From Chrysomallon squamiferum (Eukaryota > Animalia > Mollusca): DNA of 64,000 nt. The notes beneath the pieces are model-generated. The model searched no databases and was not told the origin of the DNA. It was given only the letters and a program-made list of their open reading frames with translations. Positions 41,968 through 54,954 of the stretch are shown here, piece after piece (the first letter of the stretch is position 1; each line of letters opens with the position of its first letter). Location: the NCBI GenBank assembly GCA_012295275.1, contig CM022677.1:2790001-2854000 (forward strand), read 5' to 3'. The position numbers were made by a program, and so were the translations under genes.

Positions 41968-42525
41968 CATCAGTGAAATACAAGACATCAGTGAAATACA
42001 AGACATCAGTGAAATACAAGACATCAGTGAAATACAAGACATCAGTGAAATACAAGACATCAGTGAAATACAAGACATCAGTGAAATACAAGACATCAGT
42101 GAAATACAAGACATCAGTGAAATACAAGATATCAGTGAAATACAAGACATCAGTGAAATACAAGACAGTGAAATACAAGACATCAGTGAAATACAAGACA
42201 GTGAAATACAAGACATCAGTGAAATACAAGACAGTGAAATACAAGACATCAGTGAAATACAAGACAAGACAGTGAAATACAAGACATCAAGTGAAATGAA
42301 AGACAGTGAAATACAAGACATCAGTGAAATACAAGACATGAAATACAAGACAGTGAAATACAAGACATCAGTGAAATACAAGACATCAGTGAAATACAAG
42401 ACATCAGTGAAATACAAGACATCAGTGAAATACAAGACATCAGTGAAATACAAGACATCAGTGAAATACAAGATAGTGAAATACAAGACATCAGTGAAAT
42501 ACAAGACATCAGTGAAATACAAGAT
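41968..42525. repeat. 18 bp (15-bp variant) minisatellite, ~31 copies
   Basis: CATCAGTGAAATACAAGA. Confidence 0.97.
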
Positions 42526-42949
42526 AGATAATAATCATTGATATTTAAACAATGTCTATATGAAGTGAAATACAAGATAGATAATAATCATTGATATTTA
42601 AACAATGTCTCTATGAAGTGAAATGTACTGAATAAGGATGTTGCTATGGAGAAGCCGATGAGCTAAACTTTAAAAACGAGGACTTCATAAAACACATTTT
42701 TTCTTCCGCTCAGCAGAATACAAGTAAGTTCTCCTAGCAGCGTGTGTGGAGTTGGTAGACACAACAACAACAACAACAACAACAACAAGCAGACTGGAGC
42801 AGAACCACTAAAGCAGTGAGGAGTGTACAGGTTACATTACATCACCCAGTAAACAGCTGTCTATCAAATAACATGTCTGTATTATGGGATATCTCTCTTT
42901 TGGCAGAGAATCACACATAAACAAATACACATTTAAAAAACACGATTAC

Positions 42950-43108
42950 ATGAACACAAACAAACACACACACACGTACACACACAAACACACATACACG
43001 CAAACACACACACGAACACACACATATACACACACATATACACACACAAACACACACACGAACACACACACAAACACACACACACACACGCACACACACA
43101 CACAAACA

Positions 43109-43165
<57 letters not shown>

Positions 43166-43175
43166 ACACACACGC
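42950..43175. repeat. (CA)n-derived microsatellite
   Basis: Direct reading. Confidence 0.95.
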
Positions 43176-45019
43176 GTATCCTTTTGGTGTAGGCACCGAC
43201 TGCGCACTGAAATATTTTTATTTCTTTATTTAATTTCTTTCTCTCTTTATTATTGCTGTTACTGCTGTTGCTGTTGTCGACATCGTTAGCGTCATCTTGT
43301 CGTAGTTATTACTAATGTTACTTTTCTACTTCTCATTATTATCTAGCGCGTTTACGGTGTCTGTTCACCTACTTTGTTATTATTATTTTACTTACTTTAT
43401 AATCAATGCTGCCGTCGTTGTACTTGTTAATGTTGTCCTTGTAGTGGTTGTTAATTTTTCTGTTATTGTTGTTGTAAATAAACCGTAAAAAGTCAGTTTT
43501 GAAATATGGGGGGAAATAACAGTAATCATTATCATCATCACCATTATAAATTATAATGATAATGATGATCGTGAGGACGATAATAATAATAATAATAATA
43601 ATCATAATAATAATAATAATAAAAACTCACAGATATACACACACACGTTTTCATATTAATGTTCTTATTTCTTCTTGTGTCTTGTTTCTTCTTTTTCGTC
43701 ATTTTTCTATTTCTTCGTATTACATTCTTAAATTTTATATAAACATATACACAGATAGACACATATATAGACAACTTTTCTTATTATCATTCTTTATTGT
43801 ATTGCTTCCTCTTGCTATATTTAAATAAATAATTAATAAAAAATAGTATAATTGTCAAAATAATTATCCTTCTTGTGTTACTGGTGACAAATTTACAACG
43901 TACTTCCAGAAATGAGACATGAAACATGAACACTAACTAAACAAAGAACAAACCACCGAAACGAGAGACGCTAAGGGTACATTAAACTACATGCTGGATC
44001 AGTTTGTTGAAAAGATTAACGAGAAAAAAATGTTTAAGTAGGTAGATCCATATAAAGATCTAAATATATTTAACATTATAGTACAGTACCGGTATTTTAG
44101 GACTGTTTTGTTTCATGCTAATTAAAAGTTATCTGATAAGATGAAATTATTTCCTTTATTACTCCATTAATTACTTCATTTCTAATATTATTGTAATAAA
44201 TGCTACGAAAAAAGCAGCTCGAAGCCTAAGGTTAATACGGTAGTGATTGGCGTCATCGCGAGTATGTACTGTTACAATATACATACATACATACACATAT
44301 ATATATATATACATATTGCAATTTAATTATTATTGTTATCAGACTTTCTTTTTTGTCTCTCTCGTTTTGTCGTGTTCAAAATCATCAACGTCAGAATATT
44401 ATCATTAAAATTATTATCTTCGTCATCAACATAGTTAACAAGATTCAACGAGTACAGTTAAACAGACAAATTCAGACAAAGAAAAACAGACAAGTTATAG
44501 ACATGAAAGAATAAACAGAGTTTTAGTTATTTAATATATAACACACCTAATCGTGTACAAATAATAAAAAAACACAAACATAAATGTTATTATAGCTACT
44601 GCAACTACCATTGCTATTATTTATGTTATTAATGTTGCTACTACAATGTTAAGAACTAAAACTACTACTGCTACCACTACTGCTATTTCTATTTCCAGTA
44701 TTGTAGATATAACTACTAATATTAGTTTTGTCAGTCTTAGAATAATTACATATGTATTGTTGATCAGGGAAACATAACTGAAGTAACTGCTTTCAGAATT
44801 TAATAGATGCATCAGAAATACACAACTTGTATATAACTGGCTCATGGTTATTAATAGCAATAATAATAGTGTTAGTACTAGTGGTGGTCCTAACAGTAAT
44901 GGTAGTAGTATAGTAATACTAGTACTACTGATAATTATAATCTATTTGTTCTTTTTACATTTTAGTGCATTAATTTTGTTGTTTGGGTTTTACTAATCAG
45001 TGATTTTTGTTAGCTTTTC

Positions 45020-46690
45020 TTTTGAAACTTTTAGGTTGAATTTTAGCATACAATTTAAAGAAATCATTAATTTCAAGAAAATGTACTTGAGTATTATAAT
45101 GACATTTGAAGAAATCCAGTATTACAGATATGGTTATGCTATGGGTAGAGTGAGTGTTAGTGTTTTCATTAGGGTTAAGGTTATGTTTAGTGTTAAGCTT
45201 CAGGTTCAGATTAGGTTTGGTGTTAGTATTAGAGCTTGGGTTGGGATTTGGGCTAGATGCTACATTAGGGTTAGAATTAGGGTATTGATTAGGGTTAGCA
45301 TGTGGGTTTGTTTTGTGTTTACAGTTGGTGTAGGCTAGATTAGGGTTGGGTTGTATTAGGCTTAAGGTCAGTGTTGGCATTAAGGGTTAAGCTTTCACTA
45401 TGGGTGATGATTAGGGTTTAGTATTAGGGCTGGCTTTAGGATTAGGGTAGGATTCATTTGATGGTATATTTTGTTGAAGATACTTTTGATATAAAACTTG
45501 AAAAATGTTAAGAGGAATTAAAATTAATTTCAAAATATGTATTTTAGGATAAAATTTGAAATAAGATTTATTTCAATAAGTCATTAATTTATCACACTGT
45601 TACAAGTAAGGTTAAGTAGATATTTAGAGTTAAGGCTATATTTAGGGTTAAGGCTATATTTAGGGTTAAGGCTATATTTAGGGTGAAGGCTATATTTAGA
45701 GTTAAGGCTATATTTAGGGTTAAGGCTATATTTAGGGTTAAGGCTATATTTAGGGTTAAGGCTATATTTAGGGTTAAGGCTATATTTAGGGTTAAGGCTA
45801 TATTTAGGGTTAAGGCTATATTTAGGGTTAAGGCTATATTTAGGGTTAAGGCTATATTTAGGGTTAAGGCTATATTTAGGTTAAGGCTATATTTAGGGTT
45901 AAGGCTATATTTAGGGTTAAGGCTATATTTAGGGTTAAGGCTATATTTAGAGTTAAGGCTATATTTAGGGTTAAGGCTATATTTAGAGTTAAGGCTATAT
46001 TTAGGGTTAAGGCTATATTTAGAGTTAAGGCTATGTTTAGGGTTAAGGCTATATTTAGAGTTAAGGCTATCTCTAGGGTTAAGGCTATATTTAGGGTTAA
46101 CGTTATGGATACCATTAAGATTAGGGCTATTTTTAGCATTAGGTCAGGATTGGAGTGGAGTTAGATATATGGTTAGGATTAGAGTTAGATTTAATTATCT
46201 GTTTATCTTAAGGTATTTTTCACAAAACAAGAACAAAAAAAAAAACATGAATAAATATGTTGAATATTAGGATCAAACAGGTGATGGTTAGGTTTGGGTG
46301 AAGAGTAAGAATTATGATTAGGGTTAGATAATTTAATTATCAGTATATCTTAAAAAATATTTTCTTGTGAGAAAAAATTGGGAAAAAAAAAATAAAAAAA
46401 AATAAATAAATAAATAAATAAAATTGTTGTTTGTATTATGACAAATTTAAAATAACTTTTCTATTTCAAAAAATTAACTATGAGTCTTAGCATATATTTT
46501 AAAATTAGTTTTATTTCAATAAATCCTTAGTATATCATACTCTTACAAGTAAGGTTATGGATATGGTTAAGTTTATGGTTATCTTTAGGTTACTGTTAGG
46601 GTTAGGTTTAAGATTAAAATTAGCATTAAGGTTTGGTTAGGGTTAGAGTTCACATGAGGGTTATTGTAAGGATTAATTTTAGGTGTTACA
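45020..46690 (+). repeat. diverged modules with degenerate TTAGGG-like tracts, including an 18-bp array (45620-46100)
   Basis: TTTAGGGTTAAGGCTATA x ~26; flanking GGTTAG-rich tracts alternate with AT-rich blocks ending TATTTCAATAA...TTACAAGTAAGGTTA (45570-45615, 46510-46558). Confidence 0.85.
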
Positions 46691-46944
46691 GATTAAATGG
46701 GGAAAACGCAAAACAAAGTTTACATTTTCTGGCATCTGTGCATGCACTGACCTAGGGTTTTAAAATTTCACATGTTCGTAGCTTGTTAAACAACTCATCT
46801 GTTCAGAATATTTCATCACAGTAGTTCTGTTTATTAGCTCACCTCCCACCAGAATCACTTATGATATTCTGACATATGAAAATCACAGACTTAAAATGTT
46901 GTAAAAACAGTGCAGATGAGTCATTTTGACATAAAGTGAACTGT

Positions 46945-47262
46945 GACACGTATAAAGAACATTGCAAATGAACATGTGTGTGCCAGCATAGGATGATAAA
47001 AACATGGTGAGAACAATGAAAACTCAGGTTTTGCAAATGAACATGTGTGCCAGCATAGGATGATAAAAACATGGTGAGAACAATGAAAACTCAGACATGT
47101 ATAAAGAACACTGCAAATGAACATGTGTGTGCCAGCATAGGATGATAAAAACATGGTGAGAACAATGAAAACTCAGACATGTATAAAGAACACTGCAAAT
47201 GAACATGTGTGTGCCAGCATAGGATGATAAAAACATGGTGAGAACAATGAAAACTCAGGTTT
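46945..47262. repeat. ~82 bp tandem repeat, ~4 copies
   Basis: TGCAAATGAACATGTGTGTGCCAGCATAGGATGATAAAAACATGGTGAGAACAATGAAAACTCAG. Confidence 0.93.
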
Positions 47263-47949
47263 TGATGGAATAAGATAAACCACATTGTACAGATCAGTGA
47301 TACGCAGTGCATGGGGGGGATGTCAGAGACTTTAGATGAATCTTGGCAAAATAAGTGCACAGTTTAAGCATAATTTTGTTAAGATTTTCACACAAAAACA
47401 CAAAGAACATGTTTTATTGACTTATTTGAGCAAAAACATGTTTAGACATGAAAGTTGAGATGTTTTCAAAACTATTGATCTGTTGATGCACTGAACATTA
47501 TTAATAGACTTTAAGTCAAAAGTACATTGTGCGACATCTGACTGGTTATCCCAATCAACCACACCTGTCTTTTTCCTTCTGATATATTTACCAAACAGTC
47601 ATCACCCATAATGAAAAATATGTGTAAAAAATATATTTTATTTCTGTTATTTTATAGATTAGTTTATTACTTGCAAAGGATTTTTTTTAAATTTAATTTA
47701 ATATAAAAGTAATTATATTCAATATAATGTTAAAATATATTAAAAGTGAAGTCTAGAATTCATTTGAACACTGAAAGCAAAAATGTGTTATAAAAAATTA
47801 GTTCTGTATTAAAACTTAACCCTCTGTTTTGAATCTGACATTTAAAACTGATACTAAATGTTTGTATTTACACTTCTAGTGATTACAGTAAATGGCTGGT
47901 TTAGAGCAACATTACAAGTTTAACCTTTTATTCTGAATACTTTTCACTT

Positions 47950-49730
47950 TATTTGCATCAGGTAGTGGAGATCAATCTCCTGTTTTGTCATCCAGTGTAA
48001 TTTTACAATAATGTTGAGGATATTCTGAGGGTATATGTCTATCTTTACACAATGAAATAAGATATTTTTCTCTTTAGTTCAGAATTTGGCAGTTTTTGTT
48101 TCTAACAGACAAACCAACTCTTCATTGAACTATAAACTTCATTTTTCTCACTGAGCCTTTCCTCTGATTTTCTAAATTGTAACCATTTTATTTACATTCA
48201 GTTAACTCTTTGTCTGTGGAATAAGCTGTACAAAGAGGCAACATGTTTAACTTATTATTTCACATTCAGGAAATGTGGTGTTTTAAAAGTATATTTCTTT
48301 ATGTGAGCCATTCTGACCTGTCACATTATGGCTGAACATAAATAGAAATATTTGTTTAGCGTTTCTGTAGCAGAATGAACAGAATCACATAACACGTGTA
48401 TGACCTGTCTTCAGTACTTTGTGATCAGTACGCAAACAACAACATGGAGAAGTGCTGTGATTATAAAATGTTTCCTGTTTTATTCTGATTATGAATCAAA
48501 GATACACAAGATGTAAGCTGTGGCCATGGCTTGATGTACATAACTGAACGTGTGTCTATTTACATGATCCAAAGGTAACAGAATACTCCTCCACTGTTCA
48601 GTTTGTAAAATCTTAAGAAGCAGCAACTCCATTTTCTTTTGTAATGCACATGATTCCCCAAAGAACAAAATACTGTAAGTACAGCTTCAAAAGTGGCAAT
48701 ATTATGTGGAATGCTGTGATTTTAAATTATTTTGTCCAAGTACTTCATAATCTGCTTTCCTATCACTTGTCACCTGTCCTGAGTCTTTTATATCACACAA
48801 AATACCAGTTATATCTGGGACTGTGGAATGTGTAACTGCATTCCCTGTAGAAAACACTTCTATTGTTTGAAAGGAAACAGGTTTCTTTCTGTTGTTTTAA
48901 CACTGATCATATGTAAACTATACATTCAGATCAGAGCTGAGGAACTGCCTCTTGGTATTCTGCTTTGTGTATGTGCTTTCAGTACAAGAAAAGATTGTGT
49001 AATTTCAAACATAATTAATAATTTCTCTTGCTGTTTTTCTTTTTTCTGCTTCATTGTTGTCTTGGTAATTTTTCTACTCCCTTTAGTGTTTTATTATACC
49101 AGATTTGCATACATAAATGCTTTGACCAGCTAGTGACAAAAAAAAAGAAGAAGTAAAAAAAGAAAGCCCTAGGCTTTTCAGCATGCAGAAATATCTACTA
49201 TGTTATGATACAGAAAATATTTCTCCTTGTTACAGGACTGAAGACCCAAAAATGAAATGAATAAATGTCTTACTGCAGTTTTGACAGTTTTCTCTGATAT
49301 AATTGTGTATTCCTTCCCAGTTGTCTCTAGCCTGGATTTGTTTTTTTCCCAGTGTTCTTCTTCTTATTATTAGACTTGCTTATTTTCCCGACAGAAACAG
49401 TGACAAGGTGATTTTTCTTTTTCCTTTGTGTGTCCACATGGTTATTAATTTTTTGTGAGGTGGTGTTTAATGTGAAGACTGCATTATGTCAGGGATATAT
49501 AAATTGTAATGTTCAAGTTGTGTGTGAGCTAAAAAGACAGTTTCCTTTAAGACTCTTGTTTTCTTTGTGGGTTTCATTTCATATACAAGTCTTACATACT
49601 TACTTGAGAATATCTTCAGTTTATTTTCAAGTAAATTAGCTACAGCTAGAAGTAAAGTATCTACATTAACTACTGACCCGTTTTCACTCACTCCAAAGTA
49701 TTCAGCCTGCTGATAGTGCTTGTCTAGGCA
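47950..49730 (-). mobile_element. degenerate Sola1-type DDD transposase with upstream OTU-like segment
   Basis: Ordered motifs on - strand across stops and frameshifts: RLETTGKEY..KTVKTA; FSCTESTYTKQNTKRQFLSSDLNV..KPVSF; ATF-EAVLTVFCSLGNHVHYKRKWSC..VFCYLW; DS*SE*NRKHFIITALLH; DHKVLKTGHT..CDSVHSATE; IKWLQFRK; LISLCKDRHIPSEY..LPD. These match the recalled ESHY..YL, FDL..YYKRKL, D.C.GQN and GH...DSVHS.IE series of Sola1-like transposases. Confidence 0.75.
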
Positions 49731-50005
49731 AATTTATATATGACATAGCTTCATTTTTCTTTTCCTTTCTTCCTTAATTCTTTCTTTCTTTTATTTATTT
49801 CTTAATTATTTTTTATAATGATTATTTATTTTCCAGATGAAACAATAACACACAGCTGTAAGGTAAGTATTAGTAGGTTAAAGTAGATCTGTTTGTTAAA
49901 AGGGTTTAAAGTGGATCTTACTCTACTGCTCTGAAGTTATTATGGGTTTCTAAAACTTATGTACATAAAGGGGGAGAGAATTGGCAGAAACAGAAAGACA
50001 GAGAG

Positions 50006-50040
<35 letters not shown>

Positions 50041-51841
50041 GGTTGTTTTTGTGTGTGTATGGAGTGTATTTTGGTCTTTTATAATGACATTTTTTTTTTA
50101 TTCAATATTTATTTATTTTATTAACTAATTAAACTATTTAATTGCTAATGTGTGAATTTCATTTTTCTTTCCTTCCTTATTTTATTTATTTATTTATGTG
50201 TTGTAAGATGGGACTGAGTCCACCAAGTGTCAAGTGTGTCAGTAAATATGTCTGTCTGTCTGTACACCTGATCATTAGAATTAGTTCATATGAGTGTAAT
50301 GTATCTTTGTATGTGTATGTGTGTGTATATAATTTATCTATGTATGCAGGTATTTTTGTTTCTGTATGTATGTGTCTGCATGTATATATTTATACAGATG
50401 TATGTATATATGTATGAATGTACGAGTGTGTCAGTATTTATAGACATATGTGTGTGCATGTATTAGTATCTTGTTTTATGTAGATTCTGCATTCAGACAA
50501 TTTTGTGGAAATCATTGGCACAGGAAGATGAAGTCCAATCATGACCTCACCAACATCATCATCATCATCATCATCATTATTTCAACACAGCTGGGTGACT
50601 ATTTAATTAGATTTTTATCAGTTGTATGATGTCTCTTCTTTAACACCAAACAAATTCCTTTATTACTTTCAGCAAAACTGTTTTTTAACTTCTGTTTTCT
50701 CTGTAGTCTTCTCCATTCTCCTTTAGCACAAAACTGCTTTATGATATTCAGTTAGGTAATGGTATTAATAGTGCACAACATACACATTATTTACATAGAA
50801 ATCTAAACCAATAACTTTCGGACTTTTAATTTTTTTTTAAATCTGATTTTATTTGATAATCTTTACTATTATTATTATTATTATTTAGTTATTTATTTAT
50901 TTGTTTATTTTAATAATTTATTGTTTTAATACTTTGTTACAAGCGATTACCGCATCACAGATCACGGAAATGGTCGAATGTGAAATTACCTGAATTAACT
51001 GTTTTATTTAGATTTAAAAACACCTTGTGATCTCTGCGAATTTATAATGCATTTATTTAACTCAGCAACTTTAAATATGTTTTCTTGGTGCAAAACTGGT
51101 AAAATACCTAAAAGTTCCTTAATAAATAAATTATTTAAACAATTAATAAATAAGACAACTTGGCTTCGGCAGTTTACGTAAACCAAATGAAGAGACTAAG
51201 CTATGATCTATATCTGTATATAAACATTGGTTTATAAACGTACTTTTAATAGTCACATATTATCTCATAAAAGATAAAACATGAAAATCATTAACTGAAA
51301 TTAAATTGATTAACGCCTTCAATATAAAACTATTATAAATATTTAAATAAATAAATTGCTGATGACACTAAATTAGTAACTGGTTCTGGTTAGTCGGAAT
51401 GTGTTTTTATTATCACACACAAGCAACCAAAACCGGTTAACAACAAAAGTACTTAACCGTTTAATGTTCTGAATAGTTGTATCAATATTGAATAATGCAT
51501 GGTCTTGTTTATTTTTTATCATACTTTCAATTTTTATATCTAGAAATGTCAACTTCAACTTTCCGATTTTATTGACAGAAACTATCTCAACCCTTATCCT
51601 AAGTTTACGGTTACAGAACGTTTTGTCACAAGCGAATAGAACTGTATTAATTCTTCGTGACATCGCATGTTACGGCAATGGCCGAACTAGTCTTAATCAA
51701 ATGCCGATTATTGACAGAATAAATATGTATGGTTTAATAATGTTATGCAGGAATAAAAAGACAAATTCTAACAAAATGTCATCAAAAAGTTTTTAAATTA
51801 TATAAATGCTTTACAAAATAAACAAACAATTTAATAAATGT

Positions 51842-51933
51842 TTCCGGTTTTAAAGCCATCTGACTTTTAACTTCGCCAATTTGCATAATCTGAATGACGT
51901 CACTGGAAAAGTAGCAGCAGCAGCAACATGGCG
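51842..51933 (+). promoter_or_regulatory. clustered Pol II promoter motifs
   Basis: ETS-like TTCCGG at 51842, CCAAT at 51876 overlapping octamer ATTTGCAT 51879-51886, perfect CRE TGACGTCA 51895-51902, and YY1/Kozak-like AACATGGCG 51925-51933; the upstream ~500 bp retains CpGs. Confidence 0.55.
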
Positions 51934-52106
51934 TCAAATTCTACATAGATATATTTTTATGATACTTATTTTATATTTTTTCTGTATTTTAAAGATGAAT
52001 ATGATATGGATTCAGTTTATTTGGATTACTTAGACATTCTTTTCATTAAAGATAATTACTTCATTCTGGGAGACTGAGCTGACTTGGTAAAAAAAGAAAA
52101 CAACAA
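51928..52106 (+). pseudogene. disrupted first coding exon (or uORF-bearing 5' exon)
   Basis: ATG GCG TCA AAT TCT ACA TAG; a shifted frame gives hydrophobic YIFMILILYFFCIL; second stop TGA at ~52075; strong donor AA|GTAAGT at 52107. Confidence 0.35.
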
Positions 52107-52784
52107 GTAAGTCCATTATTTTGTATTTCGTTTTTTTTTTCTTCTGTTGTAACAATTACAGCATTTATTAGTATTAACATTAGTTTTGCTGTTCTTTTTG
52201 TTGTTATTATTGTTATTCCTACTATTATTATTACTTTATTATTATTATTTTTATGATTATTATGATTATTGTATTATTATTATTATTAATGATGTTGTTC
52301 TTTTTCTTATTATTAAAACCACTTTGTAAAGGATTACACTTTCATTTTTGTTTTTTAATATTAATAGTAAATTTATTTATCTATTTATTTATTTACCACT
52401 ACCAATACAACAACAGTGCCTGCTAGGGATGCTGCTCCTACTATTACTACTAATACTAACACTGCAATTATTATTACTATTATACCCTTTATACAATTTA
52501 CCCATAATGGGCTCATGTTGATAGCACACACACACACACACACACACAAAACATACATAAACACTCATGTCTGTGTATGCATACATACATATCTGTCTGC
52601 ATGTGTGTCTGTGTGTGTGTGTGTGCTGTCTATCTAGGTTCATATATATATATGTGTGTGTGTGTGTCTGTGTTTATATATAAGTATATTCATATAAACA
52701 CATACACACATACACACATATATGCACATATAGGTGTTCACACACACACACACACACATACACACACACGTATCTCAATACACG

Positions 52785-53609
52785 AATAGTAACACTGTCA
52801 ACTGTGGGGTGCAGGTGAACGGGTGTCATAAGTTTGAGTCTCATCAGCTGCATTTGACTGGGTTTGTGATTGTACTAATATTACTATTGTTGTTGTTATT
52901 ATGATTATTACTTTATTATTAGTAGTAGTAGTAGTAGTACTAGTAGTAGTAGTAGTATCTGTTTATAAACAACGCATGTTGTGTATTGTTTTTTTGGTAT
53001 TTGTATTAACTTTATTTATGTATTTATTTATTTACCACTACCAATACAACTACAGTGCCTGCTACCGTTACTGTTACTACTATTACAACTGCTACTAACA
53101 GTGGAATTATTATTATTATTGCTATTATATATTTCACACAAAATGCATGAAGTACCATAATTAGCTCATGTTTATAGCATGCATGCAGACACACATATCT
53201 ATGTGTATGTGTGTCTGCATGTATATTTGTGTGTGTGTATGTATGTGTGTACATAATACACACACATCTGTACAACTTTGTTTATATAGGTACATGTTGT
53301 GTGTGTGTGTGTGTGTGTTATAGATTGTCTAGATGGCTGAATTGTAACATCATCTACATTCGGAGTGTGGGTGAGTCTGCTCAGCAAAATTTGACAGGTT
53401 TTGTGAAGTTGTGATTGTACTAATATTTCTATTGTTATTACTATTATTATTACAACTTTCTTCTTCGTCTTCTTCTTATTATTATTGGTTTATAAAGAAC
53501 TACATGTATATCTGTGTGCATGTGTATATATAAATACATACATACATACATACATACACATGCACATATCTGGCTTTGTGTATGTGAATGTGTGTATCTT
53601 TGTATATAA

Positions 53610-53656
<47 letters not shown>

Positions 53657-53845
53657 AGTATGTATGTCTGTGTGCATGTGTATATATTATAGGTTGTCTT
53701 GGTGGCTGAATGGTAACATTGTCAGCCTTTTTGGTGCAGTTGAATGGGTGTCATAAGTTCAAGTCTCATCAGTTATATTTGACAGGCTTTGTGAGGTTGT
53801 GACTGGACTTTGTCCTCCTGTGTCAGTACATTCCTGAATAAAGTC
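52785..53845 (+). mobile_element. three decayed tRNA-derived SINE-like copies (52785-52875, 53322-53425, 53692-53845) in a local tandem duplication
   Basis: Best copy has A-box-like TGGCTGAATGG (~53703) and B-box-like GTTCAAGTC (~53757). The shared body GTAACA.TGTCA...GGGTGTCATAAGTT..AGTCTCATCAG...ATTTGAC recurs, and the flank TTTACCACTACCAATACAAC.ACAGTGCCTGCTA is also duplicated (52392, 53031). Confidence 0.6.
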
Positions 53846-53909
53846 TACATGCAGAGTCTGATGCTAAACTACATAACATACATACACACTTACATACATT
53901 TATATATAA

Positions 53910-53942
<33 letters not shown>

Positions 53943-54145
53943 TGTATGTTATGTATATATATGTAGGTAGGTAGGTCAGTATGTAGGTATGTATATATAT
54001 GTATTTTGACCATTGTAATGCATATCAAAGTGCTCTTTAGATACATTTTATATATGTGTGTGTTTTTGTGTGTCTATGTATGTGTGTATATGTATGCATA
54101 TACACACATATATACATATAGAGAGACATACATGTATATATATAT

Positions 54146-54178
<33 letters not shown>

Positions 54179-54954
54179 TAGCTAATTAGATAATTAGATA
54201 ATAAACTAATTAGCTTGTACTGGATTGCTTATTATTTAAAGATATATCTAATAAGATAAAACATTTATGGTAGTGTTAGTAATTACATTTGGTAGTAGGT
54301 AGTAGTAATGGCAGTAGTAATTATAACTAAGATAGTAATAGTAGCTGCAGTAACAGTAGCAGTAATAGTAATGACAGTAGTAATATTGATAGTAGCAACA
54401 GTAATAAAGTTAGTGTTAATAGTATTAGTAGTAATAGTAGTGATAATAATAGTTGTAGCAGTCTTCATAATAATGATATTAGTAATAGTAGTACTTGTGA
54501 TAGTAACAGTATCAGTAGTGGTAATAATAACAATTTCATTTGTTTTTAGGTTTTTGTGCATCATTTTACTTTTCTTTTCTTTTTTTTCTTTTTTTTATTT
54601 GTGATCAGTTTTGTTTCTTATTTTATTTTATTTATTCAATAGTATATCTATCTATCTATAAACAGATAACTAGTAATAAACATACATAATACAAGCTGAT
54701 ATGATACACTTATTACTTATCTAAGCTACACTTATGAACACTTATTACTTATCTATGATACATTTGTTACTTATCTAAGATACACTCACTACCTTTCTGT
54801 AATAACTTATCACTTAACTAAAATACACTTACTACTTTTCTAAGACACACTCACTACCTTTCTGTAATAACTTATCACTTAACTAAAATACACTTACTAC
54901 TTTTCTAAGACACACTTATTACTTATGTAAGCTACACTTAGTACTCATTAAGGC

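Larger units (their letters stand above)
42636..50594 (+). pseudogene. possible remnant exons of a His-tract protein (LIV-1/ZIP-like N-terminus is speculative)
   Basis: Exon-like pieces: 42636-42723 (GCCYGEADELNFKNEDFIKHIFSSAQQNT, donor GTAAGT), 26-nt microexon 49837-49862 (TTTTCCAG..AG|GTAAGT, phase-compatible), and 50484-50594 with a (CAT)n tract and in-frame TGA in two frames. Confidence 0.3.

Noticed and set aside
45683-46270. 195-aa KAIFRV/LRLYLG ORF, or a true telomere
   Set aside because: It is an 18-bp repeat artefact; the TTAGGG units are degenerate and internal.
48615-48645. GVAAS as a PIF1/Helitron helicase motif
   Set aside because: It is an off-frame reading of the Sola YKRKWSC segment, and no other helicase motifs are present.
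53692-53775. tRNA gene
   Set aside because: A and B boxes are present but there is no pairing acceptor stem or cloverleaf; treated as a SINE head.
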